Assembly: GCA_947085185.1 (NCBI GenBank)
Contig: CAMTVK010000003.1
Location: 96,001-160,000, forward strand
Direction: 5' to 3'
Source: Candidatus Fraserbacteria bacterium
GTDB lineage: Bacteria; Bipolaricaulota; Bipolaricaulia; RBG-16-55-9; DRXL01
Length of the DNA: 64,000 nt
In this document: positions 36,374 through 48,390 of the stretch, in pieces
Layout: each line of letters begins with the position of its first letter
How positions within the stretch are numbered: position 1 is the stretch's first letter
Program-made: the position numbers and the translations under genes
Notes under the pieces: model-generated
Database searches by the model: none
The model's input: only the letters and a program-made list of their open reading frames with translations
Told to the model about the DNA's origin: nothing

Positions 36374-37887
36374 TGCGCCGGGCGATCTTAGCTGGGCTCA
36401 CAGCGCTCTTGGTGCTGCTGAGCATGCCTGGGTATTTGTGGGGGGAGTTGATCTTTATTGCGCTGATCCCGCTCTTTTTTGCTGTAGAGGGGAGCAGCCC
36501 GCGCCAGGGGTTTTGGCTGGGATATGGGAGCGGGGTTCTGTTTTTCGCTCTGCTCTTGTATTGGCTCTATGCGCTCTCTGAGTGGGTCGGGGTCTTTATG
36601 GTCTTTGGGCATGTGGGGGTGGCGGGGCTCTTGGGGCTATGGTGGGGGCTCTTCGGCGCAGCTTCTGGGGCGCTGCAAAGATCTGGAAAGTATTCGTGGC
36701 TTGCTGTGCCGGCCCTGTGGGTTTTTTTAGAGTATCTGCGTTCGCTGACGCGATTTGGGTTCACCTGGGGTTTTCTCAGCGACGCGCTGCGAGAGCGCCC
36801 TGAGCTCATTCAGATCGCTGCGGTGACGGGGGCGTGGGGGCTCTCGTGGCTCATCGTGCTTGTGAATCTCTTGCTCTATCGCGCTCTGCGGGAGCGGCGT
36901 CTGCTGTACGGTCTATTGGCGATAGGGCTGATCGCGCTCGATTGGGGCTGGGGAGCTTATACTCTTGCCCGTCCTCTTCCTGAGGGCCGGCCATTGCGGG
37001 TAGCGCTCGTGCACTCGAATGTGCCGCAGCGATTCCGCAGCGATCCTGGGCAGCTTCAAGTCCTGCAGACGCTCTATCTTTCCCAATTAGATCAGCTCTC
37101 TCCAGGGGATGTCGATCTTGTGCTCCTGCCGGAATCCGTTGTGCCGGCATATCTGCTCCGTCAGCAAGAGCTTCTTGAGCCGTATCAAGCACAAGCTCGC
37201 CGTCTCGGGGCTGCGCTCATTGTGGGGACGATTGATTATCGCGACAATAAGCTTTTCAATACAGCTGCTCTCATTGAGCCCGATGGAAGGGTCGCGGATC
37301 TGTACGACAAAGTTCAGTTGGTGCCCTTCAGCACCGAGTATTTCCCGTTGATCGAGCTGGTGCGGCGTATGGGTTTAGAGAATCTCATTGGGCCGTTGCC
37401 GCTGGGGGCGCTCAGTCGTGGGGAGGGCTTTTGGCCTCTGGAAAGCTCCGCAGCGAGATTGGCCACCCCCATCTGTTTTGAGTCGATCTTTCCTCAGATC
37501 GGCCGGACGTTCGTACAGAACGGCGCCCAAGCGCTTTTTATCATCACCAACGACGCGTGGTTTAAGGGCTCCAAAGCGCTCGAACAGCACTTCGCCAAAG
37601 CCGTCTTGCGCGCTGTAGAGACGGGTCGCTTCACAGTCCAAACTTCCAATGGGGGCATCTCCGGCGTCATAGACCCACACGGGAGAATCCTCACAGCAAC
37701 GCGCTCGCAAGAAGAGCAGATCCTGCACGAGACCGTGCTCGTGCAGGATCGCTTGACGCTCTACGTGCGGCTTGGAGATTGGGTCGTCTATCTGATGGGG
37801 GTCGTGCTCATCTTATTAGCAGGCATCAGATTCAGTCCCCCGGGGGTAAGACGTGTCACAGTGCCTGTCGTTATACTGACTTTATAG
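36373..37887 (+). CDS. lnt: Apolipoprotein N-acyltransferase
   Basis: Membrane N-terminus plus nitrilase triad (LPES, YDKVQLVPF, ICFES), ITNDAWF; TAATG overlap with ccdA. Confidence 0.93.
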   Translation: MRRAILAGLTALLVLLSMPGYLWGELIFIALIPLFFAVEGSSPRQGFWLGYGSGVLFFALLLYWLYALSEWVGVFMVFGHVGVAGLLGLWWGLFGAASGALQRSGKYSWLAVPALWVFLEYLRSLTRFGFTWGFLSDALRERPELIQIAAVTGAWGLSWLIVLVNLLLYRALRERRLLYGLLAIGLIALDWGWGAYTLARPLPEGRPLRVALVHSNVPQRFRSDPGQLQVLQTLYLSQLDQLSPGDVDLVLLPESVVPAYLLRQQELLEPYQAQARRLGAALIVGTIDYRDNKLFNTAALIEPDGRVADLYDKVQLVPFSTEYFPLIELVRRMGLENLIGPLPLGALSRGEGFWPLESSAARLATPICFESIFPQIGRTFVQNGAQALFIITNDAWFKGSKALEQHFAKAVLRAVETGRFTVQTSNGGISGVIDPHGRILTATRSQEEQILHETVLVQDRLTLYVRLGDWVVYLMGVVLILLAGIRFSPPGVRRVTVPVVILTL

Positions 37888-39041
37888 ATTTGAAATGTTC
37901 CGTCGCGGTCGGAGACGAACGCGATCTCGGTGCCGTTGGGGAGCCAGAACGGGTCGAACTCGTTTGAAGTCGGCAGGTTCGCGGTGCTCGACGACGCGAA
38001 CGTGTTGAGACTCACAATGTTTGTGCCGTCGGCGTTCATCACGAAGATATCTAAGCTGCCCGTCTGGTTGGACGTGAACGCGATCTTCGTGCCGTCGGGC
38101 GACCAGCTGGGCGGCGAGGGGAAGTTCGTGATAGGCGAGACGGCTCCGTCGTCGAAATTTGGACGTTGTGTGAGATTGGTCAGCCCAGTGCCGTCGGCGT
38201 TGATCTTCCAGATATCAAGAGCATTGGGGGCTGTATCGTTGGTCGTCACGAAGATCAGGAGATTGGGATTGGTCGGCGACCAGCGTGGGGCAAAGGCGTT
38301 TTTGGGAGAGACCGTTGTGATGCGCGTCGGGGTGGAGCCGTCGGCATGTATTTTATAGATTTCATAGTTTCCATCGCGGTTTGTGGCGAAGGCGAGCTGG
38401 GTTGCGTTGGGAGACCACGTCGGCTGAATCTCTTGACTAGCAGTCTGGGGGGTGAGATTCGTTTGGAAGGTGCCGTTGGGGAGCATAGAAAAGATATCGA
38501 ACTGGACGGCAGAGGGGAAGGGATCGGGGTCCATGTCGCGGGCGAAGGCTACGAGGTGGCGGCCGTTGGGAGCTGCAGCGGGCCATGCGTCTATTCCCAT
38601 AGTGAGCTGGGTGAGCGCAGTGCCGCTGGCGTTCATACGAAATATTCCAGGGGAAGAGACCCCATCCCAGCGCGTGAAGAAGATGCTCGTCTCTAGCACC
38701 GTGATGAAGAGCGTGAATCGGCTCTTGAGATTGGTGTTATCAGTAACAGTCAAGACGGCAGCATAGACGCCTGGGGCTGAGTAGGTGTAAGTCGCGGTGC
38801 TCCCGGTGGCGTCTACGGTCCCATCGTTATTGAAGTCCCACTCGTACTTGGAGATAGTGCCATCGGGGTCGCTTGAGCTCGAAGCGTTAAAGCTCACGGT
38901 CAGCGGGGCTTCGCCGGTCGTCGGGATGGCAACGAAGAACGCCAGCGGAGGCTGAGCCAGAGTACAACTGCTCAAAACAGCCAAGAGCACACTAAGAAGC
39001 AAGATGTGCTCAGAGCGTCGCATTAAAACTCGCATCATCAT
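37788..39041 (-). CDS. Lipoprotein with PKD domain and TolB-like (PD40) beta-propeller
   Basis: Lipobox LSSC; APLTVSFNASSSSDPDG..YEWDF; repeated P.WSP.G..IAF motifs. Confidence 0.85.
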   Translation of the reverse strand: MMMRVLMRRSEHILLLSVLLAVLSSCTLAQPPLAFFVAIPTTGEAPLTVSFNASSSSDPDGTISKYEWDFNNDGTVDATGSTATYTYSAPGVYAAVLTVTDNTNLKSRFTLFITVLETSIFFTRWDGVSSPGIFRMNASGTALTQLTMGIDAWPAAAPNGRHLVAFARDMDPDPFPSAVQFDIFSMLPNGTFQTNLTPQTASQEIQPTWSPNATQLAFATNRDGNYEIYKIHADGSTPTRITTVSPKNAFAPRWSPTNPNLLIFVTTNDTAPNALDIWKINADGTGLTNLTQRPNFDDGAVSPITNFPSPPSWSPDGTKIAFTSNQTGSLDIFVMNADGTNIVSLNTFASSSTANLPTSNEFDPFWLPNGTEIAFVSDRDGTFQIYKVSITTGTVTRLTPGGLNLMPANKMSTTPIR

Positions 39042-39257
39042 ATACCTCCTGAGGGGCAGAGTGGCGTATCTGCCCTAGGCGAACGTATGAGTTCGTTCTT
39101 ACAATAAAGCAAGGGCGCTCTCGCTAGGAAGGAATGCCGTCGGGGGCATTGGGGGTGCTTTGTCCGCTTGAGAGATGACAGGTGTCGAGTACAATAAGCT
39201 TTGAAACTTTGCTGTGATGAGTCTGTATATAATCTCGACGGTAGAACGGGAGGTTGC

Positions 39258-39806
39258 ATGGGTGAGGGGGAGTTGGAATTAATCCAGCGTGCGCTCCACG
39301 GAGATGTGGGCGCCTGGGGTGAAATTGTGAGACGCTACAAAGATGCCGTCTTCGGGATTGCTTTGGGGATCTTGGGCAATCCCGCCGATGCTGAAGATGC
39401 CGCCCATGACGCGTTCATCCGTGCTTATGAGGGGCTCCATACGTTCCAGCTCGACAAGAGATTCTCGACGTGGATCTTCGCGGTGACGGCCAACGTCTGC
39501 AAGAACAAGCTGCGCCGCGAGCGGCTCTTCACCCCGCTCAAATATATCTCTAGACTGACCAAAGGGAACGACCCTGCTCAAGAGCTCGCTCATCAAGAGC
39601 GCACGCGGATCATTCAAGAATCTCTCGATCAGCTCAAGCCGGCCTATCGAATGCCCTTGGTGCTGCGCTATTATGCAGAGTTAGACTACAAAGAGATCGC
39701 GGAGGCCTTGGGGCTGCCTGAGGGGACAGTCAAGACGCGGCTCCATCGTGCCAAGGCCGAATTGAAGCGTATTCTCGAGCAGAAAGGAGTGACAGGCCAT
39801 GCATGA
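39258..39806 (+). CDS. ECF sigma factor (SigW-like)
   Basis: DAEDAAHDAFIRAY, FSTWIF, YKEIAEALGLPEGTVKTRLHRA; TGAAAC-16-TGTA upstream (39202-39227) may be an autoregulated promoter. Confidence 0.92.
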   Translation: MGEGELELIQRALHGDVGAWGEIVRRYKDAVFGIALGILGNPADAEDAAHDAFIRAYEGLHTFQLDKRFSTWIFAVTANVCKNKLRRERLFTPLKYISRLTKGNDPAQELAHQERTRIIQESLDQLKPAYRMPLVLRYYAELDYKEIAEALGLPEGTVKTRLHRAKAELKRILEQKGVTGHA

Positions 39807-40332
39807 ACACAAGTTAGAGACCCTGCTCAAAGAGACGCTAACCCACTATGCCCAAGCCCATCGGGATCGGATCGCCGATCTTGAGTACAGAGTCGTAGAA
39901 GAGCTTCCGGAGAGTCGGCCAGCGCCACGAGGGCGTTGGGGTCTTGTGGGAATGAGTGCAGTCGCTGTCGCTGCGGTCTTCGTGCTCGGCCTGTGGGTAG
40001 GACTCAGTCTCTCGGGGGCTCCCTGCCATGATCCTACTGTCTTGTGCTTGGTCTACCCCCAGGCCAAGAGCGTCAGCTTGGCGAGTCAGTTTACGCTGTG
40101 GGAGCCTGTCCCTATGAACGGCCCCGATCGCAGCGGGGTCTGGTGGATCCGGCTCCCCAAAGATATCAAGCCCGGTCGGTACGAGTACGGCTTTATCGTA
40201 GATGGCGTGCGCTGGGTCTATGACCCGCGAGCGACGGAGTTCGTCCATACGTTCGATGACAAGATCAACTCGGTGCTCTATATTCCACCAGCATCTTCGG
40301 CCCTTCTCGAAGAAGGGAGGGAGCAACCATGA
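39799..40332 (+). CDS. Putative anti-sigma factor with C-terminal glycogen-binding (CBM48/AMPK-beta-like) domain
   Basis: Follows the sigma gene; one TM helix; AKSVSL..F..W....M.....GVW......PGRYEYGFIVDG..W..DP. Confidence 0.72.
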   Translation: MHEHKLETLLKETLTHYAQAHRDRIADLEYRVVEELPESRPAPRGRWGLVGMSAVAVAAVFVLGLWVGLSLSGAPCHDPTVLCLVYPQAKSVSLASQFTLWEPVPMNGPDRSGVWWIRLPKDIKPGRYEYGFIVDGVRWVYDPRATEFVHTFDDKINSVLYIPPASSALLEEGREQP

Positions 40333-41015
40333 GATACTTCTTCATTGCAGCTCTGATCTTTGGGGTGGTTGGAGGGGTGGCCATCGCTCAGCCGACTCCC
40401 GAAGACGTCTATAAGTGCTTCGCGGAGCTGGGCGTCTCCGATCTCCAGACATTACAGGCCGGGTTCGCCAAGGGATTTTCTGATAAGCGCATCACGCCAG
40501 ATACGGCTCTCAAACTCTGTCAACGGTTGAAACAGAGCACAGCGCCGATCTCACTGCGCGAAGGGGTCTTGCAGATCATTGCGCGGGCCCTCTTGGAAGA
40601 GCTGCCCGTCACGATGCTCGTGGACAAAGCGTTTGAAGGCTTGACCAAGGGCGTTCCCCTTGACGTCATCAACGACGATTTACTCAAGCGAAAGACGACG
40701 CTTTCAGAGGTCAAGACGCTTCTTGCCAGCAAGGGCATTGTCATCAAGCTCACGATTCGGTTTGGGCCGGTGACGGTACAGCTCACTCTCGAAGTGGTGG
40801 ACACGACGATCACCGAGGCTGCGGGCGCGTTGGAAGACTACGTGCGTGGTGGGGGCAAGCTCGACGACGCGAACGCGATCAAGTCTGCCGTGCAGCTGCG
40901 CCTGTCGCGCAATCCCGTGATCCCGCAAGCATTGACAGCGTATATCGAACAAGTCGTCAGCGCAGCCGAATGGGCTCAGATTGCCCAGAATATCGCCAAG
41001 CGTCTGAAGAAGTGA
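40329..41015 (+). CDS. Secreted helical hypothetical protein
   Basis: Signal peptide ending AIA-Q; ATGA-coupled to the upstream gene. Confidence 0.7.
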   Translation: MRYFFIAALIFGVVGGVAIAQPTPEDVYKCFAELGVSDLQTLQAGFAKGFSDKRITPDTALKLCQRLKQSTAPISLREGVLQIIARALLEELPVTMLVDKAFEGLTKGVPLDVINDDLLKRKTTLSEVKTLLASKGIVIKLTIRFGPVTVQLTLEVVDTTITEAAGALEDYVRGGGKLDDANAIKSAVQLRLSRNPVIPQALTAYIEQVVSAAEWAQIAQNIAKRLKK

Positions 41016-41042
41016 ACCCAATGAGGCTCAGAAAGGAGCTCT

Positions 41043-41852
41043 ATGCTCAGAGTTTTCATGCTTGCAGTTTGTGTGTTCTCTCTCTCTCGTTGGGAGGAGC
41101 CGGCACCCACGATCATGGCTGATCAACTGCTTTTGGCAGGCAAGTTCTATCGGATCGCACTCCCACGCATCGAAGCAGATGTGAGCAAGATCATCGAGTC
41201 TGCCAAGCTCGCGGGGTTTTCGGTACGCATCGCTCAAGGGGACACCGTCCGATATTTTCTTGGGACGCAATTCTGTTCGGACTGCACCCCGGAGAACGAG
41301 CGAGAGCGTCTCCCGTTTCCTCATCTCTTTGTGGACGGCGAGCTCTTGTGGCTTCGGGCTGGTGGCTCGCTTTCTACGTACAATCTGCGACCGGCCCAAA
41401 GCCAAGGCTACGAGCTCATTGTTGCTCCCAAGGCGACCCTGAGTGCCTCGGCGATCCTCGAGGAGATCGGACGACAGCTCGTACAGCTTTCGATCGTCTC
41501 TGATCCACTGCTTCCCCTGACAGGAGAAGAGCTGACCGTGGTGCCGGGCGTCAAGCCTCCAAAGCCTCCCGAAGGCGTTCGCCTTGATTCCGTGCTCTAC
41601 GCACTGATGCTCATGCCCGACTGGTACGAATTTGCCCCCCAACAGAGATTGGAGCTGTGGGGGCTGCGCGTGCGGGTGATCGTCGAGTTAATTGCTCCCC
41701 ATGCCCAATTAGCCCCAACTCATAATCTCATTATCGAAGCGCGTTCGCCCTCAGGGCTGATGCGCGTGCTCGTCCCGATCCATCAATTAGTCACGTTAGC
41801 GAGCGATCCGGCAGTGAAATTCGTCCGTCCGCCCTCACAGCCAGGACTGTAA
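41043..41852 (+). CDS. Hypothetical protein with C-terminal subtilase-propeptide-like domain
   Basis: SD AAGGAG; C-terminus resembles the N-terminal region of the downstream protease (DSVL...V.VP...FVRPP). Confidence 0.65.
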   Translation: MLRVFMLAVCVFSLSRWEEPAPTIMADQLLLAGKFYRIALPRIEADVSKIIESAKLAGFSVRIAQGDTVRYFLGTQFCSDCTPENERERLPFPHLFVDGELLWLRAGGSLSTYNLRPAQSQGYELIVAPKATLSASAILEEIGRQLVQLSIVSDPLLPLTGEELTVVPGVKPPKPPEGVRLDSVLYALMLMPDWYEFAPQQRLELWGLRVRVIVELIAPHAQLAPTHNLIIEARSPSGLMRVLVPIHQLVTLASDPAVKFVRPPSQPGL

Positions 41853-41868
41853 AGGAGCTGAGAGACTT

Positions 41869-44800
41869 ATGCGCAGACATCAGTATCTCTTCTGGATTCT
41901 CGGCGGTATCGTCGCGATGTTGCTCGGGACGGTAGGGATACCCCAAGAACCCTTTGATCCCAAGAGCCTCGCTCGTTTAGAGCACGACCCCAAGATAGAC
42001 AGTGTGCTCGAGCAGATCTTCAAACTCTCCGAGCAAGGACAAGCTCAAGCAGCTTCTCAAGCTGCCGTGCAGTTCCGCGTCCCAGTCTTGGGCAATATGG
42101 CGACCGTGATCTTCCAAGTTCCCGAAAGCGTCAGTCGGGACCCTGCTGCTCAAGATGTGCTCAAAAGACAGATTGCGCTCATGCGTGGGCAAGTCCTCGC
42201 GACGTCCAAATTTGCGTGGAAGGTCCAGGTGCCCATGAATCTCGGGTTGTTGCGCGCGGCCCTCGCTCAAGTGGGGAGCATCGTTCAGTTCGTGCGGCCC
42301 CCTCTCATCCCCCAGACGCTCGTCGTCAGCGAAGGGGTCGCCCTCACCGGGGCGTCGAATTATCACGCTCAGGGGTTTCGTGGCCAAGGCGTCAAGATCG
42401 CCGTGATTGACTTGGGATTTGCGGGGCTCACAGCTGCCCAGAGCCGAGGAGAGCTCCCCGGTGGCATTCAGACTTTTGATTACACCGGCACGGGAATTGA
42501 GTCCGGGACGAATCACGGCACGGCCGTCGCTGAAATTATCTACGACATGGCTCCGCAAGCCCAATTGCTCCTCATGAAAGTCGGCGACGAAGTTGACTTA
42601 GAAAACGCCAAAGAAGAAGCGATCCGCCAAGGTGCAAAGATCATCAATCACTCGGTCGGTTGGTTCAACACGAACTTCTACGATGGCACCGGGGTGATTA
42701 ACAATATTGTCGCTGACGCTCGCAGCCGTGGGGTCTTATGGGTCAACGCTGCGGGCAATTACGCGCGGCGCCACTGGCAAGGGACGTTCCGCGACACAAA
42801 TAATAACAAGTGGCACGAGTTCTCTGCCGGCAACGAGTCCCTCGGAATCTCCGTGAACGCCGGAGACCAGATCGGCGTCTTTCTTACTTGGAACGACTGG
42901 CCCAGCTCAGCTAACGACTACGATCTCTATCTGTTTAACAGTAACGGCACTCAAGTCGCCGCATCGCAACGCATCCAATCGGGCACGGAACCCCCAATTG
43001 AGAGTTTCTTCTATCAATCATTCGTGCCAGGAACGTATTACATTCGGATCAAGGCCGACGGAAATCCTGCGCCGCGGACGTTCTCGCTCTTTAGCCTCAA
43101 TCATGATCTTGAGACCCCTGTGCCAGCTGGAAGTATCATTGCGCCAGGGGATTCCCCCAATGCTCTGACTGTCGGCGCAGTGAATCGTCACAATTGGATG
43201 ACCGGCCCCATCGCGCCCTATAGCTCTCAAGGGCCGACCAACGCCGGGCTCTCTAAGCCCGATCTCGTCGGGCCCGATCGGGTCTCAACGTCTACGTACT
43301 CAGAGTTTCCGGGCACTTCCGCAGCCGCCCCGCACGTCGCCGGAGCGGCCGCGCTCTTGCTCTCAGAAAATCCCAATCTGACTGCAGGGCAGCTCGAGGC
43401 CCGTCTCAAGGGCGATGCGATCCCCATGGGGTCGCCGTTGCAATTTGGCTCTGGACGGCTCAATCTCACCCAGTCCGGCCCACCCCCAACCGGCCAGCCC
43501 GATCTCACCCTAAGTGGGCTCACCTCCAGCCCGTCCACCCCTCGTGTTGGGGACTTCGTCACAGTGAGCGGGATCGTGCGCAATATCGGGAACGCCAGCG
43601 CCGGGCCGTTCGTCATCGAAATCCGCGACAGCTCCGGCACAGATCGTCGTAATATTACGGGCCTGAACGCCGGAGGCGCGACGAGCTTCTCCTTCACCCG
43701 CCGCGTCAACCAAACGACAGAGATGTTCACCGTCATCGCCGACGCGACCAACCAAGTGAACGAATCCAATGAGACTAATAACTCTGCAGAGCTTCGTGTC
43801 ACCGCGACGCAGCCCACGCTCAAGCCCGATCTGGCTATTGCGAGTACAGATTGGTCGCCGCGCACCCTGACGGTGGGCCAGAACGTCACGCTTTCTATCG
43901 TCGTGCGCAATATCGGGAGTGCCAACGCCGGGCCATTCGTCGTAGAGATCCGCGACAGCGCCGGGACAGACCGCCAGACCCTCTCAGGGCTTGCTGTGGG
44001 AAGCACAGCTTCGCTTAGCTTCACCCGCAGAGTCAATAACACTACCGAGTTCTTCACGATCACCGTAGACGCGACCAATCAGATAGACGAGCTCGACGAG
44101 ACGAATAACACCGCTCAAATTCGCGTTGATGCTCAACCTCAAGCGCCGCGCAAATCTGATCTCACGATCGCCGGGGTAGATTGGTCACCGCGGACTCCCC
44201 GGCTGGGCGAGACCATAAATTTCACGGTCGTCGTGCGCAATCAGGGCGAGAGCGCCGCTGGGCCATTTATCGTCGAGATCCGCGATAGCGCTGGGCAAGA
44301 CCGACGGACGATCTCTGGGCTGGGAGCAACAAACTCCCTCTCGCTCTCGTTCACGCGACGCCAAAACAACGCCACAGAGATTTTTACTATCACTGCTGAC
44401 GTCACCAACCAAGTCGACGAGTCGAACGAGACCAATAACTCAACCCAAGTGCGCATCGACGCGCTCGCCGAGACGCGCCTGCCCGACTTGACTGTAGAAT
44501 CGCTTGACTCCTCTCCGCGCGACCCCGCCGTAGGAAGCACGCTCACCCTGACAGCGATCGTGCGCAATATCGGGAACGCCGATTCTGGGGCGTTCGTGGT
44601 CGAGCTCCAAGACAGCGCCGGAAGCGCCCGACAGACGCTCACCGGGCTGCGTGCTGGAGCTTCTGTACGCGTGGACTTCGCACGGCGCCTGAACAGCTCC
44701 TCAGAGACGTTCACGGCCATAGCGGACGCCCTGCGCCAAGTCGCTGAATCCGACGAGGCCAATAACACACGTCAGATCACCGTTCGGGCCTCAACGCCCA

Positions 44801-46050
44801 GTCAGCTCTCTATCTCCATCAGCACCGACAAGACGAGCTATCGTATCGGGGATAGACTGCAGATCTTCTTGCGCATCGGTGCCCAATCGTATGTCTATGT
44901 CTATGACGTTGATCCAGCGGGGCGGGTCTCTCAAGTCTTCCCCAACTCGTTCTCGCGCCAGAATCTCCTAAACGCCGGGACGTACACCTTGCCCGATGGC
45001 CCCTATACCCTCGCGATTACCGGCCCAGAGGGCACGGAATATCTGCACGCCATAGCAATCACCCAGCCCATAGATCTCGGGCTCAACGGAATGCAGAACA
45101 CAAGTTGGCTCAACCCCAGTGCGTTCCAGGCTGAGCTGGCTCGCCGTATCCAGAGCGTCGCTCCGTCGGCATCATGGACGAGCGCGTTCACGAGCTTCCA
45201 AGTCGGCACGAGCGCGCCCCCGCAGGGTCGCGCCCCAACGGCGTGCTTTACGTTCAGCCCCACAACCCCCATCGTCAATCAGCCTGTCACGTTCGATGCG
45301 TCATGCTCCACCGACCCTGATGGGCGCATCGTGCGCTACGACTGGGACCTCGACGGCGATGGGCGCTTCGACGCGCAGGGCGTGCGCGTCACGGCTGTCT
45401 TCCGTCAAGCCCGCACGTACACCGTGACCCTGCGCGTCACCGACGACAAAGGGCTCTCCGATGCTCAATCGAAAGATATCGCTGTCCAGACAACGAGCAC
45501 ACCTCCCACGCCCACGCCGCGCCTCCCGTACATTCCCCTGGGAGCTGGCGGGCTCTTCGTCATGGGCACGGACAAGCTCTATCTGATCGTCCAAGGGGCC
45601 ACGGGATGGAACAGTGATCGATCTTATCAAATCTCGCTCGCTGTGAACGGCCCTATTGAAGGCGTGAGCGTGCAAACAGAGGGCGCTGCTACAGCCCAGC
45701 CCGTCCCACAGATCACCGGCCAGCAGACCCAGCTCACCCTGGCCGGCTCGGTGCGCAGCAACGGACGGGTGATCTATACTGTCCAGCTGAGCGGCACCAT
45801 CTCGGCTGCGCGTCTTGAGCTTCTGCTCGACGTCAACGGTGACGGCACCCCAGAGCGCACCCAGACCAATACGATCTTCGTCTTCATTCCGGGCATTGGG
45901 CGCGTCCCCGGCTTCTATCTGCCGTTCAGCAACCCGTTCATCATCAAGAACGCTGCGAATCAATCTCTGCTGCCGTTTGGGGAGTTCACGCGGCTGTGCA
46001 TACCGTCGCAAGCGAGCGGCTTCGAGACGTCAAGCTGTTGGCCAGGGTAA
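41869..46050 (+). CDS. Secreted S8 subtilase with four CARDB repeats, DUF4384-like and PKD domains
   Basis: Triad VIDLG, NHGTAV, GTSAAAPHVAG; four [PS]DL...VRN.G...ETNN-type repeats; FDASCSTDPDG..YDWDLDGDG. Confidence 0.9.
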   Translation: MRRHQYLFWILGGIVAMLLGTVGIPQEPFDPKSLARLEHDPKIDSVLEQIFKLSEQGQAQAASQAAVQFRVPVLGNMATVIFQVPESVSRDPAAQDVLKRQIALMRGQVLATSKFAWKVQVPMNLGLLRAALAQVGSIVQFVRPPLIPQTLVVSEGVALTGASNYHAQGFRGQGVKIAVIDLGFAGLTAAQSRGELPGGIQTFDYTGTGIESGTNHGTAVAEIIYDMAPQAQLLLMKVGDEVDLENAKEEAIRQGAKIINHSVGWFNTNFYDGTGVINNIVADARSRGVLWVNAAGNYARRHWQGTFRDTNNNKWHEFSAGNESLGISVNAGDQIGVFLTWNDWPSSANDYDLYLFNSNGTQVAASQRIQSGTEPPIESFFYQSFVPGTYYIRIKADGNPAPRTFSLFSLNHDLETPVPAGSIIAPGDSPNALTVGAVNRHNWMTGPIAPYSSQGPTNAGLSKPDLVGPDRVSTSTYSEFPGTSAAAPHVAGAAALLLSENPNLTAGQLEARLKGDAIPMGSPLQFGSGRLNLTQSGPPPTGQPDLTLSGLTSSPSTPRVGDFVTVSGIVRNIGNASAGPFVIEIRDSSGTDRRNITGLNAGGATSFSFTRRVNQTTEMFTVIADATNQVNESNETNNSAELRVTATQPTLKPDLAIASTDWSPRTLTVGQNVTLSIVVRNIGSANAGPFVVEIRDSAGTDRQTLSGLAVGSTASLSFTRRVNNTTEFFTITVDATNQIDELDETNNTAQIRVDAQPQAPRKSDLTIAGVDWSPRTPRLGETINFTVVVRNQGESAAGPFIVEIRDSAGQDRRTISGLGATNSLSLSFTRRQNNATEIFTITADVTNQVDESNETNNSTQVRIDALAETRLPDLTVESLDSSPRDPAVGSTLTLTAIVRNIGNADSGAFVVELQDSAGSARQTLTGLRAGASVRVDFARRLNSSSETFTAIADALRQVAESDEANNTRQITVRASTPSQLSISISTDKTSYRIGDRLQIFLRIGAQSYVYVYDVDPAGRVSQVFPNSFSRQNLLNAGTYTLPDGPYTLAITGPEGTEYLHAIAITQPIDLGLNGMQNTSWLNPSAFQAELARRIQSVAPSASWTSAFTSFQVGTSAPPQGRAPTACFTFSPTTPIVNQPVTFDASCSTDPDGRIVRYDWDLDGDGRFDAQGVRVTAVFRQARTYTVTLRVTDDKGLSDAQSKDIAVQTTSTPPTPTPRLPYIPLGAGGLFVMGTDKLYLIVQGATGWNSDRSYQISLAVNGPIEGVSVQTEGAATAQPVPQITGQQTQLTLAGSVRSNGRVIYTVQLSGTISAARLELLLDVNGDGTPERTQTNTIFVFIPGIGRVPGFYLPFSNPFIIKNAANQSLLPFGEFTRLCIPSQASGFETSSCWPG

Positions 46051-46057
46051 GAGCTGC

Positions 46058-46097
46058 AAAAAGAGGGGCGAAGGAGGACTTCGCCCCTCCTCTGTTT
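46058..46097. terminator. Bidirectional intrinsic terminator between the protease and ligA
   Basis: Stem GAGGGGCGAAG / CTTCGCCCCTC (46063-46089) with A-run before and T-rich tract after. Confidence 0.75.
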
Positions 46098-46099
46098 CT

Positions 46100-48281
<2,182 letters not shown>

Positions 48282-48390
48282 GCTCAGCATTATGACAGAT
48301 GAGGGGCGGGGAAGTCAAACACTGTACAAACTCTGCCGTGGCACATTATAATGAGCTCGATCTCAAACACGGTGAAGAGAGGAGGTCATT

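Noticed and set aside
37788..37887. 100-nt convergent overlap of lnt and the PKD/TolB gene as an antisense system
   Set aside because: Short convergent overlaps recur in this compact window (e.g. 19583-19599, 29560-29588, 57094-57117); nothing specific supports regulation.
43490..44790. Tandem ~330-bp DNA repeats as a mobile element or DGR template/variable repeats
   Set aside because: They are in-frame CARDB domain repeats of the protease; no reverse transcriptase is nearby.
43227..46011. Long antisense ORFs from the six-frame track (also over glmS, acs, ligA and the ACAD genes)
   Set aside because: Shadow ORFs opposite well-supported genes, with no recognisable motifs.
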